From Candidatus Latescibacterota bacterium (GTDB taxonomy: Bacteria; Latescibacterota; UBA2968; UBA8231): DNA of 64,000 bases. How positions within the stretch are numbered: the first letter of the stretch is position 1; each line of letters begins with the position of its first letter. The notes below the pieces were generated by a model. That model was not told where the DNA came from and did not search any database. It saw only the letters and a program-made list of their open reading frames with translations. Shown in pieces: positions 19,130 through 28,575 of the stretch. The translations under genes were made by a program, and so were the position numbers. The DNA is taken from positions 128,001-192,000 of the forward strand of contig CBDCSU010000004.1 of the NCBI GenBank assembly GCA_965221775.1, given 5' to 3'.

Positions 19130-19345
19130 ATGCCGAGGATCCCAGGAGTCGGTCACCTACGGGCAGTACGTGCCCTTGAGAGGGCAGGATTCTATGTAGT
19201 CCGGCAGGGGAAACACACTGTAATGAGCGACGGTACCAGGATCCTGACAATCCCTCGAAGCAACCCCGTCAATGCCTTTACCATGGGCGGTATCGTTCGC
19301 GATGCTGGTCTAACGGTCGAGCAATTCCGCAATCTCTTGAACTAG
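19130..19345 (+). CDS. hicA: HicA-family mRNase toxin
   Basis: RALERAGF..VRQGKH..M......LTIP...I.RDAGLT.E.F. Starts immediately after the hicB stop. Confidence 0.85.
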   Translation: MPRIPGVGHLRAVRALERAGFYVVRQGKHTVMSDGTRILTIPRSNPVNAFTMGGIVRDAGLTVEQFRNLLN

Positions 19346-19360
19346 TGTTGTGTCGCAGAG

Positions 19361-20338
19361 ATGTGTTCACAGCTGAACAGCTTTGGGCGCCAGCCTCTTG
19401 CCCTTGCGCCACTCGAGTCCTACGAGGTCCTGCTTGGAGCCATGATCTACCCCTGTGCGGTCGAAGGCATCCTGCGGCAGGAGGGCCTCGATGATCCCGT
19501 CTTCCTCGGAGCGGGCGAGGATGCCTGGGCTTTCGCACTCTCCGACACCGAGGCGATCCGCATCTTCCCGCACGCGTCGCAAGACTTCGTCTCGGAGCTG
19601 GTGCGTCTCTACGAGCGACTCCAGGGACACTCCTTCTCCTTCCAGTGTCCGCGCATCCATGAGGTGCGGGTCCACGAGGGGATCGTCTACACCATCGAGG
19701 CGAGGCTGCCCGGACGGCCGATGGGGGAGTTCTGTCGGCAGGTCGATGGGGAAGCCCGGCGGCGGGTCCTGCGGAACTACCTGGGTGCGCTCCGGGAGCT
19801 TGGGGAGGTCGAGATTGGCGATCGCGACTTCGGGGGCCTGAGCGCTTCAGCGGTCTGGCCCACGGCCGGGACGTGGAGGGAGTTTCTCCGGCGGGCTCTG
19901 GAGACGTCGTGGCGGCAAGTCGGACCGGGGCTGACGGAAGAGTGCCCAGATCTTCGGCGGACCGTCTCGCGGCTCGAGGCGCTGATTGAAGAAGACCAGA
20001 TGAACTGGGACCGGAAGTCCCTTGTCCATGGCGACGCCTATCCCGGCAATGTGCTCGTCGATGACGACGGAGAGGTCGCAACGATCCTGGACTTCGGGCG
20101 GTACAGCCTGGTCGGAGACCCGCGCCTGGACGTGGCCATCGCCATCGAGCTCACCGAGATGGCTGGGGGTTTCAGCCCGGAGGACACGGAGTTCCTGCGC
20201 GGACTGATCGAGGAGGACCCGGCGGCGGCGGCCTACCGGGCCTGGACGGCGATCGTGCTGGCAGCCGTGTATGGCGGCGACTCCCGGATCGTGCGGAAGT
20301 GCATGAGAACCCTTCGTGAGACGGCTGGTCGGCTCTGA
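19361..20338 (+). CDS. Aminoglycoside phosphotransferase-like kinase
   Basis: LVHGDAYPGNVLV, ILDFG and GDPRLD motifs. Start could be ATG 19442. Confidence 0.8.
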   Translation: MCSQLNSFGRQPLALAPLESYEVLLGAMIYPCAVEGILRQEGLDDPVFLGAGEDAWAFALSDTEAIRIFPHASQDFVSELVRLYERLQGHSFSFQCPRIHEVRVHEGIVYTIEARLPGRPMGEFCRQVDGEARRRVLRNYLGALRELGEVEIGDRDFGGLSASAVWPTAGTWREFLRRALETSWRQVGPGLTEECPDLRRTVSRLEALIEEDQMNWDRKSLVHGDAYPGNVLVDDDGEVATILDFGRYSLVGDPRLDVAIAIELTEMAGGFSPEDTEFLRGLIEEDPAAAAYRAWTAIVLAAVYGGDSRIVRKCMRTLRETAGRL

Positions 20339-20342
20339 CCCC

Positions 20343-20918
20343 ATGGCGGCGAGGTGGTCATCACCCCATGCACTCCGCGTGCAGAAAACGCGGCGGAGCA
20401 CCTTCGAACGCGAACGGGTCCGCTGGCCGATCTCTCTCCGCCGAAGGCAGTCGACGGATGCCGGCCGAATCTGGGTCTTCACCGATGGGGGCGGGAACGG
20501 CAGGTTCTCGGCGGTCGTCCTCCGTCCGGGAACCGAGGAGCACCGGATGGCCGGGCGGCGGGGAACCGCCACCAACAGCGTGGTGGCCGAGCTCGACGGG
20601 GTCGTGCTGGGTCTGGAGAGCTGTCGGCCCCGTGAGAGGGTCACCATCGTCTCCGACTACCTCTGGACGGCCTACTACATCAACGGCTGGCACCGGGTGC
20701 ATCACCCGCATCTGCGCGAAGCGGTGATCCGGGCGAGGTTCTGCCTCGAGGAGTTGGCGAGCGCCGTGTTCGTCCATTACGTGTTGGAGACGGGCGGCGA
20801 GTGCGCCTTCCGGCGATGGAACGCGGTCGCCCATGACCTGTGTCAGGAGCACCCGACCACGTGGCACTACTATCAAGACGCAGATTCAACTTCACTTCCC
20901 ATGGCGAGGCCACCATGA
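20343..20918 (+). CDS. RNase H-like protein
   Basis: VFTDGG, TN..AELDG, IVSDY, and a terminal N..AH.L motif. Confidence 0.65.
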   Translation: MAARWSSPHALRVQKTRRSTFERERVRWPISLRRRQSTDAGRIWVFTDGGGNGRFSAVVLRPGTEEHRMAGRRGTATNSVVAELDGVVLGLESCRPRERVTIVSDYLWTAYYINGWHRVHHPHLREAVIRARFCLEELASAVFVHYVLETGGECAFRRWNAVAHDLCQEHPTTWHYYQDADSTSLPMARPP

Positions 20919-22102
20919 CCAGCACTTTGACCGACCAACAGATCGCCGACTACCATTCTGACGGCTACCTCATCATCCGCGATGTCGTCTCCTCCCGGGA
21001 GACCTCGGAGCTGAGGCGAATCGTCCAGAGGATGGTTCGCGAAGAAGCGGACCCATCCTCTCGGAAGTACCCCGCGCCCGGCAAGTACACCATCGCCGGC
21101 AATCGGATGGCCGAACCCGGATTGGCGCCCATTGCCGAGCATCCGGCAGTGGTCGATGCCGTCGAGGCCGTACTGGGGCAAGCCGCTCATCTGACTGCCT
21201 ACGTCGCCTATCTGCGCGCTCCGGGCGACAAGGGCGGCAGTCCTCACTGCGACTACAAGCGATGGCGCCCCGTGGGCTCTTCGATGCGCTGGCTCTTCGC
21301 CATCATTCCGCTGAACGACTTCAACCGCGAATACGGCCCGCTGCTGGTCTCGCCCGGCTCCCACAAGCTCACGCGGGTCGTCGACCCGGAGGCGCACATC
21401 CTGGATGTGACGCCCCCCGATCGCGAGCAACTGCCCGACTTCGTCGATCCCGAGCTCAGGGCCGGCGACCTTCTGCTGATGGACATGCATACCTGGCACG
21501 ATGCACCGGCGGGGACGAGCACCGATGACCGCGTCGGGATCTTCAACAAGTACTGTGCCGTCAACGCGCCGCCCGCCGCGGGCTACTATCCATACGATCC
21601 CGCCGCCCACCATGCGATGAGCGACGCCGGCAAGCGGCTGATCCCCCTCCACTTCGACCGGCCGATCACGGACACGCGGCTCCTCATCGAATCGACATCC
21701 GGTGCGGAGCCGCGGTATCTCCTCACCAGCGCCGACGGCAACGGGAGCCGGGAACTGCCCGGCGGCCCGGGTCGGGAAGAGGAAAGGGCGGGCTGGGACA
21801 TCGGTTGTCGGATCGGCTCCCTGCAGTCCCTCGTCAAGAGCCGGCTGAACCTGGATCTCCCGTGGGCCTCCTACATCGAGGACGTGGCAACCGATGTCGG
21901 CGTATCCCGCGTCTACGGGTATGCGGACGGCGAGGTGGATCGCGGATCACTCGGCGCCGGAGACTGGTTCACGCACGACCAGCTCCTGAACATGCTCGGC
22001 GAGTCCCACTCCATCTGTCGCGCCGTCTCGACCTGGCACCGGGAGGACCTCATCCGGGGCCGAGGCAAGGCTGTCAGCCAGAAGGAAGTGCAGTTCGAAT
22101 AG
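20915..22102 (+). CDS. PhyH family dioxygenase with C-terminal NUDIX-like domain
   Basis: YHSDGYLIIRDV, PHCD, VSPGSH, TWHD, plus C-terminal ELPGG..REEE. ATGA overlap with the upstream gene. Confidence 0.8.
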   Translation: MTSTLTDQQIADYHSDGYLIIRDVVSSRETSELRRIVQRMVREEADPSSRKYPAPGKYTIAGNRMAEPGLAPIAEHPAVVDAVEAVLGQAAHLTAYVAYLRAPGDKGGSPHCDYKRWRPVGSSMRWLFAIIPLNDFNREYGPLLVSPGSHKLTRVVDPEAHILDVTPPDREQLPDFVDPELRAGDLLLMDMHTWHDAPAGTSTDDRVGIFNKYCAVNAPPAAGYYPYDPAAHHAMSDAGKRLIPLHFDRPITDTRLLIESTSGAEPRYLLTSADGNGSRELPGGPGREEERAGWDIGCRIGSLQSLVKSRLNLDLPWASYIEDVATDVGVSRVYGYADGEVDRGSLGAGDWFTHDQLLNMLGESHSICRAVSTWHREDLIRGRGKAVSQKEVQFE

Positions 22103-22112
22103 GTGATGGAAG

Positions 22113-23015
22113 GTGATGGCAGAGATCCGTCTGGAGTCGCTTCCTGATAGCGGTGGCTATTGGCTCTATCAGTTTGGCGATATGGTTCTGCGCACGGAGT
22201 CTCTGTCCAAAGCGGATCGCCAGCGAGTGATCCCTTTGGGGCAAGCCAGCGGCATCCTGATGGCCTATATAGCACGGCATCGCGATCTCTTGGAGAGGAA
22301 AAGGGTCATCGAGCCTTTTGCAGGTAGTGGTCCATTGGGTCTCCTGGCCCTTCACGTAGGAGCAGAGTCAGCTCATTTTGTGGATCTCAATCCCAGAGTC
22401 AGGGACTTCATTCACTACAATGCGATGAGGAACGACATACCCAGTCATCGCTATGCAGTCCACATTTCTGATGTAGAGAGGTTTCATCCCCAGGAGCCAT
22501 TCGATTGGCTCTTTGCCAACCCCCCTTTTGTCCCCACGCCTCCCGGAGTTCCGGGTGTCCTTCATTCAGCGGCCGGGCCGGATGGGAGTCGCCTGGCGGA
22601 ACTCTTGATAGCACGGATTCCACACTTGCTTCATGCCAGTGGCGAAGCCCTGATCTGTCTCTTGCAGTTGGAAGTAGCTGGGCGTCCATTGGTATCCCTG
22701 GCCTGCGAGGAACTTCTGCCGGATCGGTCTGTCGAGTTCACCAAGGGCTGGCAATACCAGCTTCCCTTCGAGCGCCTGGTTGCAGCCTACCGCGATCAGG
22801 TTCCTGAGAAGAGAGCCGCTATTGATGAGTGGTCTTTCTCTCTCTCGGAAGAACTGGGAGGAGAGCTGTTCATGGACTCGTATGTGATCCACATTGGGCC
22901 CGTGGGAGCTCAGCCGGGAGTACGTATCCGCAACTATGACGGAACAAAGTATGGCAATGGGTTTTTCCGCTCTCGTGACTCTTTGCATGAGGTTGTTGGG
23001 GAGAACTTGATTTGA
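22113..23015 (+). CDS. Class I SAM-dependent methyltransferase (NPPF motif, HemK-like)
   Basis: EPFAGSG, VDLNP and FANPPF motifs. Visibly more AT-rich than its neighbours. Confidence 0.8.
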   Translation: MMAEIRLESLPDSGGYWLYQFGDMVLRTESLSKADRQRVIPLGQASGILMAYIARHRDLLERKRVIEPFAGSGPLGLLALHVGAESAHFVDLNPRVRDFIHYNAMRNDIPSHRYAVHISDVERFHPQEPFDWLFANPPFVPTPPGVPGVLHSAAGPDGSRLAELLIARIPHLLHASGEALICLLQLEVAGRPLVSLACEELLPDRSVEFTKGWQYQLPFERLVAAYRDQVPEKRAAIDEWSFSLSEELGGELFMDSYVIHIGPVGAQPGVRIRNYDGTKYGNGFFRSRDSLHEVVGENLI

Positions 23016-23093
23016 CAGCCGTCCTCTGAGCCCTATAGCTCGGTACGGCCAGACTGCGCAGACACGAGATAGCTCTTCTCTGCATTCGGAGCC

Positions 23094-24365
23094 TTGATGA
23101 CACGCCATACCGTTGCCGGCCATCGACCGCGCGAGCACGCCCGCTACGGAGCCGCTTCCCAGCAGGAGGCCGAAGGACCGCTGCCGCAGCCCTTCCCGCG
23201 GCAGATCGGAGCGCGGGCCATGGAGTACCTCCAGGAGGTCGTCGACTCCGGTCTCACCAGCGACATGGGGACCCGTTTCGAGCAGGCCTTCGCCGAGGCC
23301 CACGGCGCCGCCTACTGCATCGCCACGCCGGGATGCACGCCGGCCCTGGCGGTGCTCGCAGCGGCCTTCGACTTCGAGCCGGGCGACGAGATCGTGGTCA
23401 GCTCGGTGAGCGACTACGGCACGGTGCAGGGTCTGATCAGCGCCGGCTACATCCCCGTCTTCGCCGACACCGCGCCCGGCACCGTGATCGTCGACGCGGA
23501 GACCGTGGAGGCCTGCATCTCCGAGCGCACCCGGGCGATCCTGGTCGTGCACCTGACGGGGCTGATCTGCGACATGGACGGCATCAACGAGGTCGCGGCG
23601 GGCCACGGGCTGGTCGTGTACGAGGACGCATGCCAGGCCGTCTTCGGCCGCTACAAGGGCCGCTGGGCCGGGACCCTGGCCGCGGCGGGCGCCTTCTCCT
23701 TCGACTCGGAGAAGACCATGGGTTCCGACGTGGGCGGCTGCATCCTCACCGACGACGACCGGCTGGCCGAGCGCGCCCGCTTCGTCGGCCAGAGCCGCGG
23801 CGGCGAGATGGTGGAGCACTTCGGGCGCGTGCACACGGTGAACGGCTTCGCCCACCGAATGACCCAGTCCACGGCCGCCATCAGCCTCGCCCAACTGGAG
23901 GTCATCTGTCCGCAGGTCGAGCACCGGGACCGTATGATCCGCCTGTTGAGCGCCCTCCTCGACGAGATCCCCGGCGTGTCGGCCCTGCCGATCCCGCCGG
24001 AGACCGAGGTCTACTCCTGCTGGATGGCGGGCTTCACCATCGACCCGGAGCAGTTTCGGTGCTCCACGGAGGAGTTCGGCGACCGCGTGGCGGCGGCCGG
24101 CATCCCGGGGGCGGGACAGGCGCGATACTACCTGCTGCCGGCGGCCTTGCCCTATCTCACCGAGGCGGCCGAGAGACGCAGCTACCCGTACTCGCAGCCG
24201 CCGGCGTCGCGGACCTACCGCTACGACGCGTCCACCTGCCCCAACGCGCAGGCCGTGCTGGAGCGCTTCGTCCGCTGGAGCAGTTTCTGCGAGAAGTACG
24301 AGCCCCGCCACTGCGAGCAGGCGGCGGAGATCGTGCGCCGCGTCGCCGAGGAGTGCAGGAGATGA
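23094..24365 (+). CDS. DegT/DnrJ/EryC1/StrS PLP-dependent aminotransferase
   Basis: VHLTG, EDACQA and FSFDSEKTMG..GG motifs. Confidence 0.9.
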   Translation: MMTRHTVAGHRPREHARYGAASQQEAEGPLPQPFPRQIGARAMEYLQEVVDSGLTSDMGTRFEQAFAEAHGAAYCIATPGCTPALAVLAAAFDFEPGDEIVVSSVSDYGTVQGLISAGYIPVFADTAPGTVIVDAETVEACISERTRAILVVHLTGLICDMDGINEVAAGHGLVVYEDACQAVFGRYKGRWAGTLAAAGAFSFDSEKTMGSDVGGCILTDDDRLAERARFVGQSRGGEMVEHFGRVHTVNGFAHRMTQSTAAISLAQLEVICPQVEHRDRMIRLLSALLDEIPGVSALPIPPETEVYSCWMAGFTIDPEQFRCSTEEFGDRVAAAGIPGAGQARYYLLPAALPYLTEAAERRSYPYSQPPASRTYRYDASTCPNAQAVLERFVRWSSFCEKYEPRHCEQAAEIVRRVAEECRR

Positions 24366-25138
24366 CCGGGGCCGCTCTGCAGCTCGAGGCCCGCTACTAC
24401 CGGGCCCTGCCCATCGACCGCCCGGGATACGAGGAGGTGACGCTGTCGCTGCCGGTGGAGAAGACAGCCCTGGTGGGCATGCACTGCTGGAACATCGGCT
24501 GCCCCGACGGCCCGCCCGTGGACGTGGACTACTGCGTCGGCATGGGCTGGCCCCAGTCGACGGAGGAAGCCGGGCGCATCATGGCCGAGGTCATCCGCCC
24601 GGCCATGGACGAGGCCCGCGCCATTGGCATGGCGGTCTGCCACGTGGAGAGCGACTGGATGGACCACCAGTATCCCCACATCGAGTCGCGGCGCTCGGGC
24701 GGGCCGGGGTCTCTACACCCGTACCAGCAGGAGATGCTCGAACGGGCTCACGGCGTCGACTACATGAGACGCTCGCCGCTGGCGAAGATGCGCCGCGCCG
24801 AGGTCGTCTCGCCGGTGGGGGACGAGCCTCTCGTGTTCTACACCGACGTGCTCGACGAGTACCTCCGCGGCCGCGGCGTGGAGACCCTCATCTACATGGG
24901 CTTCGCCGCCGACATGTGCCTCCTCGGCGCCGAGGGGGGAGCCCGGGCGATGCTGGCCCGCGGCTATCGCTGTGTGGTCATGCGCGACGCCACCGTCGGC
25001 GTGGAGACCCCCGAGAGCTTCCCGCGGCGGCTGGCCACCGACTACGCCCTTCACATCTTCGAGTGGAGCCTCGGCTTCGGCTGCACCTCCGCGCAGTTCC
25101 GCGAGGCTGTCCACCGGTTGCGGGAGGAGCAGCCATGA
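24362..25138 (+). CDS. Isochorismatase-like cysteine hydrolase
   Basis: LRGRGVETLIYMGFAADMCL, ARGY..VVMRDAT. ATGA overlap with the upstream gene. Confidence 0.75.
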   Translation: MTGAALQLEARYYRALPIDRPGYEEVTLSLPVEKTALVGMHCWNIGCPDGPPVDVDYCVGMGWPQSTEEAGRIMAEVIRPAMDEARAIGMAVCHVESDWMDHQYPHIESRRSGGPGSLHPYQQEMLERAHGVDYMRRSPLAKMRRAEVVSPVGDEPLVFYTDVLDEYLRGRGVETLIYMGFAADMCLLGAEGGARAMLARGYRCVVMRDATVGVETPESFPRRLATDYALHIFEWSLGFGCTSAQFREAVHRLREEQP

Positions 25139-26139
25139 GCCTGAGCATCTGCCCGTGGAAGTACGGCAAGCGCTGGGTCTACTCGATCACCTACGACGAG
25201 GCCCTGGCCGACCTGCACCGCTTCGCCGTGCCCATGCACGAGGAGTACGGCATCCCCGGCCACGTGGAGATCCTCGTCGGCCAGATGGGCGAGATCCGCA
25301 AGGCCGGCAACTCCAGCTACAACGGATTCCGTCACATGAGCGGGGAGGAGCTGCGCGACCTGCTCGCCCGCGGCTGGGGCGTGGGCAACCACTCCTGGAG
25401 CCACGAGGTGATCACCCCGGAGACGGTGGACGAGGAGATCGGCCGCGCCAGGCAGGTCCTGGAGGAAGCCCTCGGTGAACCGATCATCCTCTACTGCTCG
25501 CCCGGCAACAACACGAACATGGCCGATCACGTCCTCGAGGCCTGCCGCCGCTACGGGTACCTGGGCGCCATGAGCCTGACGGACGCCCTCAACCGGCCCG
25601 GGGACGAGCTGTTCTGGATCAACCGCACGGCCCTGCACGACCACTACTACGAGCCGTTCTACAGCGCCTACGATCCGTACCGCAACATCCGCCAGGCCGA
25701 GGCCGTGCAGGGCTGGCTCATCGACTACTGCCACTGCCCGCTGGAGGAGCCGGTGCATCCCAACAAGGACTGCTCCGAGGCCCAGCTGCGGCAGCGCTTC
25801 GAGACGGTGCTGTCCGAGGGGGGCGACGAGGTCTGGTGCGCCGTGCCCGAGGAGGCCCTCGGCTACCACCTGACGCGGCGCCACGCCCGCATCGAAGTCG
25901 TGGAGGGCGGCGATGGGGAACAGCGCTATCGCATCGGGCTGGCGGGACTGCCGGAGCAGGTGCCGTACCGCAGCCTTACGCTGGAGGCGGACGTGCCGGC
26001 GGCCTGGTGCCGGGACCCGCGCGTTGTCGTGGACGGGCGGGAGCTGGCGGCGGAGGTGGTGCGTCCCGGCGTTCTGCGGGTGACGACACCGGTCAGCGAC
26101 GGGATGGAGGTCGAGGTGCGCGTCTCGCCGCGGCCCTGA
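25135..26139 (+). CDS. Polysaccharide deacetylase (NodB/CE4-like)
   Basis: SITYDE and GNHSWSH motifs. ATGA overlap with the upstream gene. Confidence 0.8.
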   Translation: MSLSICPWKYGKRWVYSITYDEALADLHRFAVPMHEEYGIPGHVEILVGQMGEIRKAGNSSYNGFRHMSGEELRDLLARGWGVGNHSWSHEVITPETVDEEIGRARQVLEEALGEPIILYCSPGNNTNMADHVLEACRRYGYLGAMSLTDALNRPGDELFWINRTALHDHYYEPFYSAYDPYRNIRQAEAVQGWLIDYCHCPLEEPVHPNKDCSEAQLRQRFETVLSEGGDEVWCAVPEEALGYHLTRRHARIEVVEGGDGEQRYRIGLAGLPEQVPYRSLTLEADVPAAWCRDPRVVVDGRELAAEVVRPGVLRVTTPVSDGMEVEVRVSPRP

Positions 26140-26141
26140 CC

Positions 26142-26957
26142 ATGTCAGGCGACTCTCGGTCGAATTCCGACGCGCAGACCCGCCTCATGCCGACGGAGGC
26201 GCACTCGAGCCGTGGCTCGGAGTACGACAAGGCAGGCGACTTCTACCTGAGATGGCTGGACAGGAATGTCCCGGACAGGGACCGGCGCATCCAGGCCTCG
26301 ACGGGGATCATGCTGGCCATGCTGGGAGATGTCGAGGGAATCCGTGTGTGTGACCTGGGATGCGGTGAGGGGTACCTGTCCCGCATCCTGGCGAGCCGAG
26401 GCGCTCTGGTCACGGGCGTCGACATCTCACGGGTCCTGCTGCAGCATGCGAGGGAGCACTCCGACGGCCAGGACATCACGTATCTCCTGGACGATGCGCA
26501 ATCGCTGAGTCAGCTCTCCGACGCCGGCATGGACGCCGTCATCTGCCACATGGCGCTCATGGACATCCCCAACCTGGCGGCAACACTGTCCAGTGTCCGC
26601 CGCATACTCGTCGACCATGGCAGGTTCGTCTTCACGATCCTGCACCCGTGCTTCTATTCTCCCTTCGACGCGGAGAACCCCGGGGAGGATCTCGACGAAG
26701 AGGGCCACTTCAAGGCCGTGCGAATCTCACGCTATGGCCGTGAAGGCAAGTGGTACTCCGATGGAAGCGGGATGTGCGGGACCCTCGGCAGTCACCACCG
26801 AACGCTGTCGACCTACTTCAACACCCTGATCAATAGCGGATTCCAGCTCTCCGAGATCTCGGAACCGCTCGATTCCGCAGCAGGCCCGGAGGAGCGGCGC
26901 CGCGAGAGCGTGGTGCCCACACTGCTCATCGGGGGGGCGACCGCCCTGCCATCCTGA
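26142..26957 (+). CDS. Class I SAM-dependent methyltransferase
   Basis: DLGCGEG, GVDIS, HPCF, HRTLSTY.N.L...GF. Confidence 0.88.
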   Translation: MSGDSRSNSDAQTRLMPTEAHSSRGSEYDKAGDFYLRWLDRNVPDRDRRIQASTGIMLAMLGDVEGIRVCDLGCGEGYLSRILASRGALVTGVDISRVLLQHAREHSDGQDITYLLDDAQSLSQLSDAGMDAVICHMALMDIPNLAATLSSVRRILVDHGRFVFTILHPCFYSPFDAENPGEDLDEEGHFKAVRISRYGREGKWYSDGSGMCGTLGSHHRTLSTYFNTLINSGFQLSEISEPLDSAAGPEERRRESVVPTLLIGGATALPS

Positions 26958-26982
26958 GTGTTCGCCGAGCTCGCCGGAGGAG

Positions 26983-27570
26983 CTACGGCTTGCGCGCCAG
27001 AAGCTGTACCACCGCTTCCTGCCTTCCGTCCTCGAGCTTGTTCACCCTTTCGGCAAACCGCAGCAGCTCCCAATCGGCAAAGGCGCGCCGCAACTCCCGC
27101 GGGTCGGCGAGGTGGTCGGGATTGGTGGGGCCCCATCCGAACTCCGCCTGCGCCCTGGCATAGGTCTGAAACAGGAAGTGGCCGCCGCGCCTGAGGGCCG
27201 ACCGGACACGGGGAAAGACCGCCGGCTCGTGGAAGTAGAGGTTGGTCACCAGGTCCCAGCTTTCCACGCCGGCGTCGAAGGAGAGCACGTCGGCCGCGAT
27301 CGTCTCGACCTCGACACCGCCCTCGGCGGCCAGCCGCCGGCACCACGCCAGTCCGGTTGGAGCGATGTCGACGGCGGTCACCGCGAAACCGAGCTGCGCC
27401 AGGAAGACGGCGTTCCGGCCGGCACCGGCGGCCAGGCACAAGGCGCGGCCCGGTTCCAGTCGGCTCGCTTCCGCCGCGAGAAACGGCACCGGCTCGCGCT
27501 TCGGCTCGTAGTCGCCGGAGCGGTAGCGGGACTCCCACTTCTCCCTGGGAGATAGGGGTGGTTCTGCCAT
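26983..27570 (-). CDS. TehB-like SAM-dependent methyltransferase
   Basis: W..RY, ALCLAAGAGRNAVFLA..GF.VTAVD. Confidence 0.85.
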   Translation of the reverse strand: MAEPPLSPREKWESRYRSGDYEPKREPVPFLAAEASRLEPGRALCLAAGAGRNAVFLAQLGFAVTAVDIAPTGLAWCRRLAAEGGVEVETIAADVLSFDAGVESWDLVTNLYFHEPAVFPRVRSALRRGGHFLFQTYARAQAEFGWGPTNPDHLADPRELRRAFADWELLRFAERVNKLEDGRQEAVVQLLARKP

Positions 27571-27583
27571 ATGGCGCCGGTCG

Positions 27584-28531
27584 CTACTTCCGGTCTCCGG
27601 CGCCGAAGCCCCCGTCGAAGAACGTCTTCAGGCCGGGGTGCTCCTGGATGTAGCTCTTGAGCTCCAGGACGATGTTCTCCTGGAGCTGGATGCTGTGGCC
27701 GCCGTCGACGGGCAGCACCACGCCGGTGATGAAGGCGGCTTCTTCCGAGCACAGGAAGGAGACCGCGTTGCCGATGTCTTCCGGCACCCCGGTGCGCCGC
27801 ACCGGGTACTGAAGCTCGTGAAGCCGGAACCCGGCCTCGTCGCCCACCTCGGACCACAGCTTCTCCAGACCCTCGGTCACGATATGGCCGGGAGCGATGG
27901 CGTTCACCGTGATCCCCAGGGGCCCGAAGTCGATCGCCATCTGGCGCGTGAGACCGATGACCGCCGCCTTCCCGGACTCGTAGATCATGGCCCCCGCCGC
28001 CTGCAGCAGCCCGTGCACGGAGGAGATGTTGACGATGCGGCCGACCTCCATGGCCGGCGGCGAGCCGTGGCGCAGGCCGTGGCCCTCCCACGGCCCGGGA
28101 TCGTATCCCTCGGGCGGTCCCGACTCGGTCATGGCCGGCACCCCGTACTTGGCGCCGAGGAAGTGGGCCATCACCAACAGGTCCATCCCCGTGCGCCAGG
28201 ACTCGACGTCCACTTCGAGGGCGCTGCCGTCCGAGTAGCCGATGACGCCGAAGGCGTTCTGAACGAGGATGTCGAGGCGCCCGTATTCCTCGACGGCCCG
28301 TGCGACCATCTCCTGGGCGACCTCTTCCTTCGACACGTCGCCGAGCATGGAGGAGGCGCGGCCACCCCCATCCCGGATCCCATCGGCGCTGGCAGCCGCC
28401 CCGTCCTCGTCGATGTCGACGATGAGGACCGCCGAGCCGTCGGCGGCCAGCTTGCGGGCGATGCCGGCGCCGATCCCGGTGGCCCCGCCCGTCACGATGG
28501 CGACCTTGCCGTGCAGTTTCTTCCGATCCAT
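27584..28531 (-). CDS. Short-chain dehydrogenase/reductase
   Basis: TGGATGIG, NISSVH, YESGK and VDGG motifs. CAGGAGG RBS before ATG 28531. Confidence 0.9.
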   Translation of the reverse strand: MDRKKLHGKVAIVTGGATGIGAGIARKLAADGSAVLIVDIDEDGAAASADGIRDGGGRASSMLGDVSKEEVAQEMVARAVEEYGRLDILVQNAFGVIGYSDGSALEVDVESWRTGMDLLVMAHFLGAKYGVPAMTESGPPEGYDPGPWEGHGLRHGSPPAMEVGRIVNISSVHGLLQAAGAMIYESGKAAVIGLTRQMAIDFGPLGITVNAIAPGHIVTEGLEKLWSEVGDEAGFRLHELQYPVRRTGVPEDIGNAVSFLCSEEAAFITGVVLPVDGGHSIQLQENIVLELKSYIQEHPGLKTFFDGGFGAGDRK

Positions 28532-28575
28532 GCGGTTGCCTCCTGGCGACGAAGATGCCCGCGGCTTCAGGGCGG

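Noticed and set aside
19361-20338. APH-like, Eis-like and AAC(3)-like genes as an antibiotic resistance cluster
   Set aside because: They are dispersed, divergent superfamily members in metabolic contexts, with no mobile element.
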